A DNA stretch of 64,000 nucleotides from a virus, in IMG/VR virus record IMGVR_UViG_3300009506_000019, positions 1 through 64,000 of that record. One strand, given 5' to 3'. The position numbers and the translations under genes were made by a program. Of this stretch, positions 56,138 to 64,000 are shown piece by piece. The notes under the pieces were generated by a model. It was not told the origin of the DNA, did not search any database, and saw only the letters and a program-made list of their open reading frames with translations. The number at the start of each line of letters is the position of its first letter. Position 1 is the stretch's first letter.

Positions 56138-56939
56138 CGATGACCCTCAAATTCTGATTGCCACCACATCTCCAACATGTACCTACTTCATCAGAGGCGG
56201 CAACAAATCGCGCACCACACATACAAGTACGCTTTACGTTTAATGGCATCTCGGATATGTCCATCTCTGATGCTCCACCATGTCCATTCTGACACGTCCA
56301 ACCACCAGGAGTTTGATACTGCTGATCACCACAAACAGAACAATACCGTTCTTCCCTTCCAAACGTCACTGGTCCTGGACCTTGTAGCATATGGGCTGGA
56401 ATACCTGTGTGATATTCTTTATCTTTAAACGACCGACTTGCTACAGCACCAACTGAATTGTTGTATTTTCCTTCGTACAATCGATCAATGGTGCCTTCCA
56501 AAGTGTCGAAGTATATCTGGCAGATTCGTGTATCTCGATAGACTTTGACGGGTCTGACGACAACGATCTCAAGAGTCCATTGACTGATGAAACCCACGTC
56601 GCCAAAGCCAGCGGTGAGATGGACGAGGATTCCAAGACGTGCCATCGAACTTCGACCTTCAATGCAAGGCACGTACGATTTTGAACCCGCGACTTCGACG
56701 GTGTGACCGAGATATAGGGTACCGGGAAGCAAAATGAATCCATCTTGGGCATCGATTTCGAAAACCTCAGTTGGAGTCTCTTTTCTGACATCGAGTAGCT
56801 CCCCTTTATAAACGCGCAACTCTGACCCAAGAGTTAAATCGTATGAGTTGGGACCAAGATGATCAGAATTGAATGGGTCGATAACAATATGACCGGCCTC
56901 TACTTCATTCTGAATTCGAAGTCCTGTAAGCTTGGCCAT
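56112..56939 (-). CDS. dcd: dCTP deaminase with Cys-rich C-terminal extension
   Basis: PNSYDLTL, GRSSMARLG, TAGFGDVGF..QWTLEI, ICQIYF, Y.GKY. Confidence 0.92.
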   Translation of the reverse strand: MAKLTGLRIQNEVEAGHIVIDPFNSDHLGPNSYDLTLGSELRVYKGELLDVRKETPTEVFEIDAQDGFILLPGTLYLGHTVEVAGSKSYVPCIEGRSSMARLGILVHLTAGFGDVGFISQWTLEIVVVRPVKVYRDTRICQIYFDTLEGTIDRLYEGKYNNSVGAVASRSFKDKEYHTGIPAHMLQGPGPVTFGREERYCSVCGDQQYQTPGGWTCQNGHGGASEMDISEMPLNVKRTCMCGARFVAASDEVGTCWRCGGNQNLRVIDGTPEGER

Positions 56940-57133
56940 TAGATAAGCCCCTTCTTCTCCGCAATCCACTCTGTGATTACCAGAGTGCCCTCGTCACCAT
57001 TTTTCCAAACTTCAGAATCATCATCAATCTGTGATTGCGGAATCCAATATTCATCGCCCTCTACGACCACAAGTATCGCATCATCTGTTTCGTGGATACA
57101 TTCTACATCATCATAACTTACCGTTCTTGACAT
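56939..57133 (-). CDS. small phage protein (paralog of 37693-37923)
   Basis: ETDDAIL...WIPQSQ...TEWIAEKKGL. Confidence 0.75.
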   Translation of the reverse strand: MSRTVSYDDVECIHETDDAILVVVEGDEYWIPQSQIDDDSEVWKNGDEGTLVITEWIAEKKGLI

Positions 57134-57377
57134 CTTTCAACCCGCCTGTCACATCGACGATCATCATCGCCAGGTTTGCAACGTCAGTAGATTCAATCAC
57201 AACGTTGTCCAGATTGTCTGCATTCAACGCGTCTTGAAGCTCCTGGACCTCTTCTTTCAAATGATTCAAAAGGCCCTGAGGAGTGGCCGTCTTCCACGTA
57301 TCACCACCATACTTTTTCTGCTTGATGGTAATTCGAGTGTCCATAAGTTCTGCGAATGTTTTAACCTCGTTTCTCAT
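57111..57377 (-). CDS. MazG-like all-alpha NTP pyrophosphohydrolase
   Basis: HLKEEVQEL...ESTDVANLAMMIVD. Confidence 0.72.
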   Translation of the reverse strand: MRNEVKTFAELMDTRITIKQKKYGGDTWKTATPQGLLNHLKEEVQELQDALNADNLDNVVIESTDVANLAMMIVDVTGGLKDVKNGKL

Positions 57378-58816
57378 CCAATCACCGTGTCCCCATCTTT
57401 GTCGTATTGGTTCTTCCGTAATTGAGCATGCTTCCTCAAAAACGGAACATCGTCAACAAAATCTGTGACCAGACCATACTTCTTACCATTGTCTGATCTA
57501 CAGACTCTTCCCTTCAATTGGCGAGCGTCCTTGGTTGGATATGCAATGGCTATATTGTCCAACGACTTGATATTAAGTCCGTAACTTCCAATGTCAGACA
57601 CTACCAAAAGTTGTTCTTTATTCTGAACATCCTTGAAAACTTGATTTCGTTTTCCTCGAGCTGTGCTGCCCTGGAGCATCACCGGATCGTATCGTCGCAT
57701 TGCTTCACACAATGCTTCCCCATATGCAATCTTTTGATAGAAGACATAACAGCTCATACCACCATCTACCATGGCGGCAGCGTGGTTGGCTATCTGTTCA
57801 ATACGCTCCTCGTTGTCTATTACCTGCTCCTGCACAACGTCTTTGTATTCAAGCCCAGGCTCGTGTTTACCATCCCAATCTGCGAAGTTGGATATCTTAG
57901 GTGTGAGCGGCCTATTGATGATCAATGGTACGGTGACACCAAGCTTGATGAAATCCACCTCTCCACGACTATCGAAAATCTTCTTGCCAAAATGTTGTTC
58001 CATTTCTAGATTCTTGCCCTTCTCCGTAGCATGTGCCCACGCATACGGAGTGGCAGTCATCCCAACAAATCTGGCAGCAGGTAAATTACCATATAGCTTA
58101 TCAACGCTAGCATTATCAGCTTCATGTACCTCGTCATGTATGACCAGTCCAACATTGTCCAACCACTCCCGTAATGGCTCCTCTTTCCATGAAGCTGCTT
58201 TTTTCTTTTGCTTGTCGGACAGACGTAGAATTGTGCCAAGAGATTGCATGGTAGCGATTGTCACATCGCCAAGTTCAAAGTCACCAGATCCAACAATTCC
58301 AACCTGTCCAGGAACTACCTGATCAAAAGCTTCAAACGTCTGGTCGAGTAATGTTCTGCTATTAACAACAATTAGAGTGCGATGCTGGTGTAATTTCACC
58401 ATCAACTGCATCATAATTGTCTTGCCAGTACCAGTTGGACTAGCCACAATAACGTGTGACTCTTTGAATGTAGACTCAGCTGCTTCCACCTGAAATGGGT
58501 ATGGTGTAATGCTACCAAAGTCTATCTTGCCAAGATCAGAAATCTTCTCCGCTTGAGGGCGAAGATCAACTATCTCATATGGGATGTTGTCTCTTTGCAA
58601 TCGAAGACCAACACGCCAGACCAATCCGGTACGAAATTCCTGCTTCGGCATGTTGAAGAGATAGTTATATCCATCCCATCTCTTGTTTTTGAAATACCAA
58701 GTATGCTGATATCCAGCCGGATGGTAGCGCAGATCATTATTGAGCCGCGTGCAGACCTCTGCTGGTAGTGTGGGCTCAATCCGCGAAAAAACTCTATCTA
58801 CGACAATTTTGTGCAT
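57374..58816 (-). CDS. UvsW-like SF2 helicase
   Basis: WDG N-domain, PTGTGKT, DEVH, GMTATP, GLNIKSL, QLKGR..R. Confidence 0.9.
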   Translation of the reverse strand: MHKIVVDRVFSRIEPTLPAEVCTRLNNDLRYHPAGYQHTWYFKNKRWDGYNYLFNMPKQEFRTGLVWRVGLRLQRDNIPYEIVDLRPQAEKISDLGKIDFGSITPYPFQVEAAESTFKESHVIVASPTGTGKTIMMQLMVKLHQHRTLIVVNSRTLLDQTFEAFDQVVPGQVGIVGSGDFELGDVTIATMQSLGTILRLSDKQKKKAASWKEEPLREWLDNVGLVIHDEVHEADNASVDKLYGNLPAARFVGMTATPYAWAHATEKGKNLEMEQHFGKKIFDSRGEVDFIKLGVTVPLIINRPLTPKISNFADWDGKHEPGLEYKDVVQEQVIDNEERIEQIANHAAAMVDGGMSCYVFYQKIAYGEALCEAMRRYDPVMLQGSTARGKRNQVFKDVQNKEQLLVVSDIGSYGLNIKSLDNIAIAYPTKDARQLKGRVCRSDNGKKYGLVTDFVDDVPFLRKHAQLRKNQYDKDGDTVIG

Positions 58817-59223
58817 CAGTGGCGCGATTGTCTTGGGTCCGGTACTCCGATTCCAGTCATAATCCGCGATGCTGCTTCATATTGACCACCAACAACCTGC
58901 CAAGTGCGATACAGTATGTCCTTCTTTGCCTCCAAACGCATTTGTGTCTCTTCGTCCCAATTTGGGTCTTTCTTCTTCTTCATAATCTTCTGTTCAGACC
59001 ATGCTGACACGATACAGTTGAATAGCTCGGTCACATAAGCTTGGTTGTTTGAAAAGATACCAAGCAGAGGGACAATCTGCGAGAGTACATCAATCGGACT
59101 GTTTGGGTGATACACTGGAACTTTATGAGCTAGAATAGCAGAACTCAAAAACTGCTGAAGATGATCTGTTGTGATGTCTTTCACATTCAGTATCGTAACC
59201 GGTGGCAGATTAATCATTTCCAA
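58816..59223 (-). CDS. hypothetical helical protein (UvsY-like position)
   Basis: between resolvase and helicase; size and context only. Confidence 0.5.
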   Translation of the reverse strand: MEMINLPPVTILNVKDITTDHLQQFLSSAILAHKVPVYHPNSPIDVLSQIVPLLGIFSNNQAYVTELFNCIVSAWSEQKIMKKKKDPNWDEETQMRLEAKKDILYRTWQVVGGQYEAASRIMTGIGVPDPRQSRH

Positions 59224-59807
59224 TTCTCCGGATCTGACTCCAACATATCCTTATATTGCCAGACAGCGACACTCACACAATCTGGATAGAAGAATATGAA
59301 ATGCTGCGTCTTACAGCGTTCGAGTCGTTCAGAGATTCGCGATGCGTGGTCATTGAATGCAGCACAGAATGTTGCCATATCGAACCGATTAAAAATCAAC
59401 ATTGGATTCTTGTCGATTGGACACTCTTCTTCTGCCTGTCGCAACCAAGCCCATACTTTCGCCTTCTCTGAGAAAAAGTTATGAAGACCCGTAAAATTGC
59501 TTGGCTGATTCTTCAGCTCAAGATGCCATTTGAAATCAGGGGCGTTGGTACAAATGTCACCAGCCATGTCGAATCCCTCTTTGAGAGCAGAGCCTCCAGA
59601 CATGGGTGTACGTTTGAATTCATAATTGCTCTTGCCCTGATTCCACCAGACAGCAATTTCTTTGGCCTTCTTGTTCTCAAAATTAGCGCCCTTACGGCGA
59701 GCAGCCTTCCCCGCCCTCGACTGTTTTTCTTTCAGCGAGGGGAGGAAGACGTGCCCGCATTCAGGACACTTGGCCCTAACTTGAGACTTTGTTTTTGCCT
59801 CTGTCAT
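59214..59807 (-). CDS. Holliday junction resolvase, PD-(D/E)xK family
   Basis: KGANFE, RTPMSGG, GDI, ELKN, W..QA..E. Confidence 0.85.
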   Translation of the reverse strand: MTEAKTKSQVRAKCPECGHVFLPSLKEKQSRAGKAARRKGANFENKKAKEIAVWWNQGKSNYEFKRTPMSGGSALKEGFDMAGDICTNAPDFKWHLELKNQPSNFTGLHNFFSEKAKVWAWLRQAEEECPIDKNPMLIFNRFDMATFCAAFNDHASRISERLERCKTQHFIFFYPDCVSVAVWQYKDMLESDPENWK

Positions 59808-61108
59808 GCTGTTGCTGCTTGTGGCTCCTCCACAATGTTCTCTGGTGGAACCACTGGCTCTCCCTTGGTCATACCAGAACCGTCAATCATGCCCATAGCA
59901 TCAAAGACCTCTGCTCTGATGTCATTCATGACTTCTGGGCGCTCTTTGATCTTGTTGATGAGAGCTGCTTTTCCGTTCTCATTTAGCGGACCAAATGAGA
60001 ACCAGGAGCTTGCTTGTTTGACAACACCGGTACGAATGCCAGTGTCAACATAGTCCTTGACCACATCAACACCACGCATGTACTCGATACCAGCCTCATC
60101 ACGGAAGTTCTCGAAGTACACATCGAAATCGAAATGATAGTTGGTGCTTGGCAATTCTGCAGGAATCGGAGCTGTTTTGTTTTTGACAACCTTTACCCGC
60201 GAATTGACTCCGACGCGTTTTTCTCTGAACACGCCGTCAACACCCTCTACCTTCCTGCGAATTTCTTCGTAGGAAACGACCTCGAACCTGTAGCTCGAGT
60301 AAAACTTCAGAGCGTTTCCACCGGTCTCGATTTCCGATTTCTCCCATCGAGTTGCCATGGGCTTGCCACGAATCTGATTGATGAAGTGCACCAATGAATG
60401 ACCTGTAGCAGCCGCCAGTGACGATGCCTTCTTCACGCCTTCCGACATGAGCTGGGCCGTAGTTGCCTTTTGGCCCTGTCCGACATCATTGATGAACACC
60501 TGCGATGGAACCAGTGCAGGACAGGAATCGAGAATGATGTAGTCCACATCCATCTGCAGACAAAGCATCATCGCATCGAAGAAATCCTCACCAGTCATGA
60601 TCTTCTCTGGCGTACTCTGTACCAGAATCAGATCGTTCGTGTTCATACCGGCACTCTCAGCAAACTGCTTGGAAAACGTACCTTCAGCGTCCAAAAATGC
60701 AACAAGCTTGTTGACCACATTCCCACTATGGTCAATCTTCGTACAACGCTGAATATACGCACCAATTGTCATACAACAGAGAGTCTTACCGGTGCCCTCC
60801 CAACCATGGATATCCATGATTCGGCCACCGATAAGACCTCCATTGCCAACCGCCAAGTCCATTGAAAGAATGCCAGATGGAGTAACCACGATTGGTTTAA
60901 CCGTGGGCTTTTGGGCAACGGCACCACCAAGTTTCTTGTTCAACTCTTCAATGATCTGATCTGCGTTTCCGACTCTGACCAATTGAATGTCTTGAGCCTT
61001 ATCTTTGGCTCTCTTGGAGGACTTCTTCTTTGGTGCCGGTGCTGGTACCGAAGTCGGCTCCTCTTTCGAGGCACTCTTATCCTGTTGTGGTTTCTTTTTG
61101 GTAGCCAT
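59804..61108 (-). CDS. recA: RecA/UvsX recombinase
   Basis: SMDLAVG.GG, GWEGTGKT, FLDAE, ILDS, FINQIR, TGGNALKFYSS, VKNK. Confidence 0.95.
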   Translation of the reverse strand: MATKKKPQQDKSASKEEPTSVPAPAPKKKSSKRAKDKAQDIQLVRVGNADQIIEELNKKLGGAVAQKPTVKPIVVTPSGILSMDLAVGNGGLIGGRIMDIHGWEGTGKTLCCMTIGAYIQRCTKIDHSGNVVNKLVAFLDAEGTFSKQFAESAGMNTNDLILVQSTPEKIMTGEDFFDAMMLCLQMDVDYIILDSCPALVPSQVFINDVGQGQKATTAQLMSEGVKKASSLAAATGHSLVHFINQIRGKPMATRWEKSEIETGGNALKFYSSYRFEVVSYEEIRRKVEGVDGVFREKRVGVNSRVKVVKNKTAPIPAELPSTNYHFDFDVYFENFRDEAGIEYMRGVDVVKDYVDTGIRTGVVKQASSWFSFGPLNENGKAALINKIKERPEVMNDIRAEVFDAMGMIDGSGMTKGEPVVPPENIVEEPQAATA

Positions 61109-61111
61109 GAC

Positions 61112-62767
61112 TTACCCCTGTGCGATGCGTTGATCGACAGCAGCACTCAGCTTGACAAGATCAGCAAGTGGGGCAGTCGAGAAATCGGTTGTCCCAATGG
61201 TGGCCGTGAGGAATGGCATCATGTTTTGTGCGATGCCAGGACCTTGGAAATCTGGGATGTTGAGAAACTTCGCGTTCAATTGTTCCAAGATTTGCTGTCT
61301 CTGAGCCTCATCGCCACCAGCTTGCTGTGCTGGAGCTGGCTGCTGGGCCGGAGCTTGCGCAGCTGGTTGTGGTTGAGCTTGACCAGCTCCACCAAGGAGA
61401 GCCTCGATGTGATGAGCGTATTGCTCTTTCTTGTTTCCCTTCAAAAACGTGAGATATCCTCTGTCGTTCTCGAGGACCCATCCCAACGTTTTGCCACTAT
61501 ACTTGCCGAAATCGACGAGGACATCGGCTGGACCACCAGCCGCAGCAGCGACAGGTGCCGGTGCTGCAGCTGGGGTCGGAGCAGGCTGTGGCGCAGCCGG
61601 AGTCGGTACTGGAGCTGAGGTTGGTACCTGAGCTGGCGGAACTTGTTGAGCTTGAACCGGAGGTGCAAAGGTTGGCTGCCCTCCCACGGGGGCGTTGGGT
61701 ACCTCTGGTTGGGTGGGAGCCACACCAGGAACCGGCATTCCTGGCATTCCCTGGACCGGAGCTTGGGGCATGAATCCCTGGCCAGACGGGGCCGAGGGTA
61801 CGTATCCACCCCCAGGAGCTTGGGGATTATATCCGGGAATACCCCCTACTGGAAGCTGCATGGCTACCCCAGGAGTGGGGGTCTGTGGAGGTGCCGCAAC
61901 GGGCTGTGCAACGGGAGCCGCAGGAGTGGCCATCTGGGGCATCGTCGCCTGGGGCATCGGGTTGGCCGGAGGCATCGGATTGGCCGGAGGCATCGCCGCC
62001 TGGGGCATCGTCGTCTGAGGCATCGTCGTCTGAGGCATCGGATTGGCCGGAGGCAACGAAGCTGGCATGGCTCCGTGTGTGGCCACCGGTTGACCACCAG
62101 GCGTATAGCCTGGCATTTGTTGTTGAGGCTGACCACCAGCTACCTGTTGTGGCTGTTGCTGGGTTGTACCGTTGATGAACTTGAGCATGTCATCTTCGGT
62201 CTGGAACGGAATCATGTCAGAGATGGCTTTTTTCATCATCTCTTGACATTTGATTGAAAGAGCGTTCATGTCGCCCTGATAGTTGAAATCAGACTTGTCC
62301 TGACGAGAGGTTTTGTATTGAACCCGACGACCATTGCCCTCTGTCCAACACATCCAATCACAATCAGTGACCTTGCCACCCTGGTCGTACCACTTCGTCA
62401 TCTCCTCATAGAATTGATTGCCAAATTTGGCAATCTTCACATCTTGAGCTTCATAGTCCCATACAGGAAGGAGATGGACAGGTCGAACACTGAAGTCTTG
62501 TCGATTGCCGTCACGATCAAACTTGTCTTGTTGATCGAGGATATCCCAGAGAGGATCTTGATTGTCCTTCATCCAGGTAGAAAAGCTGGCATCAACTTGC
62601 CGATAGAAACGAAGGTTTTCCTTCTTCCCTTGTGGTGTAACTCTCGAACACGAAGGAATGTTGTGTACCCATCTGCCCTCGGCCTCTGGAAACAGAGGTC
62701 TGATGAGCTTGGGGTTGTTGGTGACGGTGAGGTAGATCGTGTCTTTTTTGATCTGAAGGAACGACAT
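61112..62767 (-). CDS. putative gp32-like ssDNA-binding protein with long P/Q/A linker and FGKY domain
   Basis: aromatic OB-like N-domain next to recA; DFGKYSGKTLGWV....GYL motif. Confidence 0.6.
   Translation of the reverse strand: MSFLQIKKDTIYLTVTNNPKLIRPLFPEAEGRWVHNIPSCSRVTPQGKKENLRFYRQVDASFSTWMKDNQDPLWDILDQQDKFDRDGNRQDFSVRPVHLLPVWDYEAQDVKIAKFGNQFYEEMTKWYDQGGKVTDCDWMCWTEGNGRRVQYKTSRQDKSDFNYQGDMNALSIKCQEMMKKAISDMIPFQTEDDMLKFINGTTQQQPQQVAGGQPQQQMPGYTPGGQPVATHGAMPASLPPANPMPQTTMPQTTMPQAAMPPANPMPPANPMPQATMPQMATPAAPVAQPVAAPPQTPTPGVAMQLPVGGIPGYNPQAPGGGYVPSAPSGQGFMPQAPVQGMPGMPVPGVAPTQPEVPNAPVGGQPTFAPPVQAQQVPPAQVPTSAPVPTPAAPQPAPTPAAAPAPVAAAAGGPADVLVDFGKYSGKTLGWVLENDRGYLTFLKGNKKEQYAHHIEALLGGAGQAQPQPAAQAPAQQPAPAQQAGGDEAQRQQILEQLNAKFLNIPDFQGPGIAQNMMPFLTATIGTTDFSTAPLADLVKLSAAVDQRIAQG
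61935..62053 (-). repeat. coding tandem repeats (PPANPM / PQxxM)
   Basis: 15- and 18-nt units such as GGCATCGTCGTCTGA and GGCATCGGATTGGCCGGA on the + strand. Confidence 0.9.
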
Positions 62768-62847
62768 TGAATTCTCCTGTTTTTGTCCGTTTTGGGTTTG
62801 GAATTAGTCTACTCGTACTCGTACTCGTTGCTCGTCTCTCGTCCAGG

Positions 62848-63105
62848 TCATCGAGCCAAGTCTGCCTCGATACCTCGAATCTCACTAGTTATCACAGAAT
62901 AGGTAATTCCGTCAAACTCGTTGGCAACACCATGTTGCTGCCGAATGTTGAAAATCCGAATCATGGACTGCTCGATCTTCTTCAGAGCATCCAACTCCGC
63001 CTTGAGATAAGCGCGACGTGGATCTTCATCCTCGCCTCTACCTTCAACGTTTTGTGTCTCAAAGTTGTTTAGGTTGAAGCGGCGCTGAACGTTTTCTGTT
63101 GTCAT
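62848..63105 (-). CDS. hypothetical protein
   Basis: ATG 8 nt after TATAAT. Confidence 0.6.
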   Translation of the reverse strand: MTTENVQRRFNLNNFETQNVEGRGEDEDPRRAYLKAELDALKKIEQSMIRIFNIRQQHGVANEFDGITYSVITSEIRGIEADLAR

Positions 63106-63113
63106 GATTCGCT

Positions 63114-63122
63114 ATTATAGCA
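63114..63122 (-). promoter_or_regulatory. sigma70-type extended -10 promoter (TGcTATAAT)
   Basis: minus strand reads ...TGCTATGCTATAATAGCGAATC-ATG. Confidence 0.65.
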
Positions 63123-63146
63123 TAGCACTCTGACAAATTAACTGGT

Positions 63147-63208
63147 GGCCTGTTGAAGCCGACTGCTGGGGGGGGGAGGGATTACCATGCCGCCGACCCC
63201 AACAGGCC
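63147..63208 (-). ncRNA. 17-bp hairpin with C-rich loop (candidate sRNA or processing signal)
   Basis: stem closes fully only on the minus strand (4 G-U pairs); loop contains CCCTCCCCCCCCC. Confidence 0.45.
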
Positions 63209-63214
63209 CCAACT

Positions 63215-63379
63215 TCAATCATCATCCCAGCATCTACACGGCAAAATACTGTCACCGTGGAACCTGCCACAATGAATACAATACTTCTCACGTATTGCAT
63301 TCAAGAACTTGAGCCGCTCCTCTTCACTCATCTCCTCAAATTCAGGGAGAACAATGCTGAGAAGCTGCTCAATGGTCAT
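63215..63379 (-). CDS. small Cys-rich protein
   Basis: TGATG coupling to the PurA-like gene; YC.HCG...C.C. Confidence 0.65.
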   Translation of the reverse strand: MTIEQLLSIVLPEFEEMSEEERLKFLNAIREKYCIHCGRFHGDSILPCRCWDDD

Positions 63380-64000
63380 CACACTTCGTCCGGACCGCCT
63401 GATTGTACTACGGCTGCCATCTCCCCAGAGGATCGACGGACAATCGTGTGCTCCACATCCGGACCAGTTGACAAGTAATTGAAAAACACTCCGAGCTTGG
63501 ATTCCAGAGTCGTGATCCAATCTCTGGTTTTCTGTGTCAGTGAGTCCCATGATGACTTGTGCCGATCTTGATAGTTCAGGTAGTCAACAAACGACAACAT
63601 GAGCTTCGTTGGTCGATTGATATCCAACGCCTTCTTGAGATCGGTAGGCTTCCCATCGGGCCTATCAAGCGTAAATACCCGACGCTTGCGCTTCGTTGCA
63701 GTGGTGATTTCTACGATGGGCTCTGGAGACTCGGCGTGCTCTGTGATTTCTTCCCATGTAATTTCTTCGCCCGACATAGGACCAGAATCTCCAGCAACAC
63801 GAATAGGAAAAGTACGGGTGACACCATAGACATCCCTGACGGCAAATGGGGAAATGCCCGCGTCAGCACACCAATTAGAAGCATTGGTGTCACGAGAAGT
63901 AGTTTTGCCACGGTATCCATGGTGAAGAGAAAGGACGGAGCCCTGAGTTCCTTCAAGTAGGATCGGCTCATTCCTGTCAATAAGCCGATTGAGAAACTCA
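63379..64000 (-). CDS. adenylosuccinate synthetase-like (PurA/PurZ-type), 5' part outside the window
   Basis: manual translation: LLEGTQG, TTSRDT, RTFPIRVAGDSGP, EITTATKRKRRV, LSFVDY, STGP. Confidence 0.9.
   Translation of the reverse strand, partial: EFLNRLIDRNEPILLEGTQGSVLSLHHGYRGKTTSRDTNASNWCADAGISPFAVRDVYGVTRTFPIRVAGDSGPMSGEEITWEEITEHAESPEPIVEITTATKRKRRVFTLDRPDGKPTDLKKALDINRPTKLMLSFVDYLNYQDRHKSSWDSLTQKTRDWITTLESKLGVFFNYLSTGPDVEHTIVRRSSGEMAAVVQSGGPDEV

Noticed and set aside
42531-61108. inteins or introns in dnaE, primase-helicase or recA
   Set aside because: lengths and motif spacing look uninterrupted; no intein termini or homing endonuclease motifs seen
47866-62257. long plus-strand ORFs in the right arm (e.g. 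47866-48645, 60911-61618)
   Set aside because: antisense to recognisable minus-strand genes
1-64000. alternative genetic code, prophage integration or cellular chromosome
   Set aside because: conserved genes are full length in code 11 with TAA, TAG and TGA all used as stops; no integrase or att site seen; gene content and density are phage-like

Overview
This looks like a 64-kb internal segment of a large lytic phage genome (probably jumbo-size). It contains no capsid, terminase, integrase, rRNA or CRISPR array. Left part (1-33.4 kb, mostly + strand, codons rich in C/G at the third position): a dense array of small, often acidic or Cys-rich early/host-takeover ORFs. Recognisable members are KTSC, NADAR, a DMP19-like DNA mimic, a stand-alone receiver domain, a UPF0489-like protein, a DUF6744-like protein with a RavA/MoxR AAA ATPase and a VWA partner, tRNA-Glu, an NAD-dependent ligase and an SF2 helicase. 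A minus-strand island at 18.2-21.3 kb encodes a DUF1003 protein, an MshEN-like protein and a possible virion protein. Right part (33.4-64 kb, - strand, more AT-rich): a replication, recombination and nucleotide block with trigger factor, SbcCD, DnaQ-like exonuclease, DnaE, a sigma70-like factor, ThyX, dUTPase, NDT, an NMP kinase, a DnaG-DnaB fusion, WYL, Dam, Dcd, a MazG-like protein, a UvsW-like helicase, a resolvase, RecA, an SSB and a truncated PurA/PurZ-like gene. The main signal the ORFs do not explain is regulatory. Eleven sigma54-type (GG-N10-GC) promoter motifs precede + strand transcription units, and seven helically phased TGTC-N10-GACA-type palindromes lie at 650-825. Together they suggest a phage regulon built on host RpoN and an enhancer-type activator, possibly in a deltaproteobacterial/Myxococcota-like host (inference). 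All functional calls come from motif recognition by eye; no searches were run.
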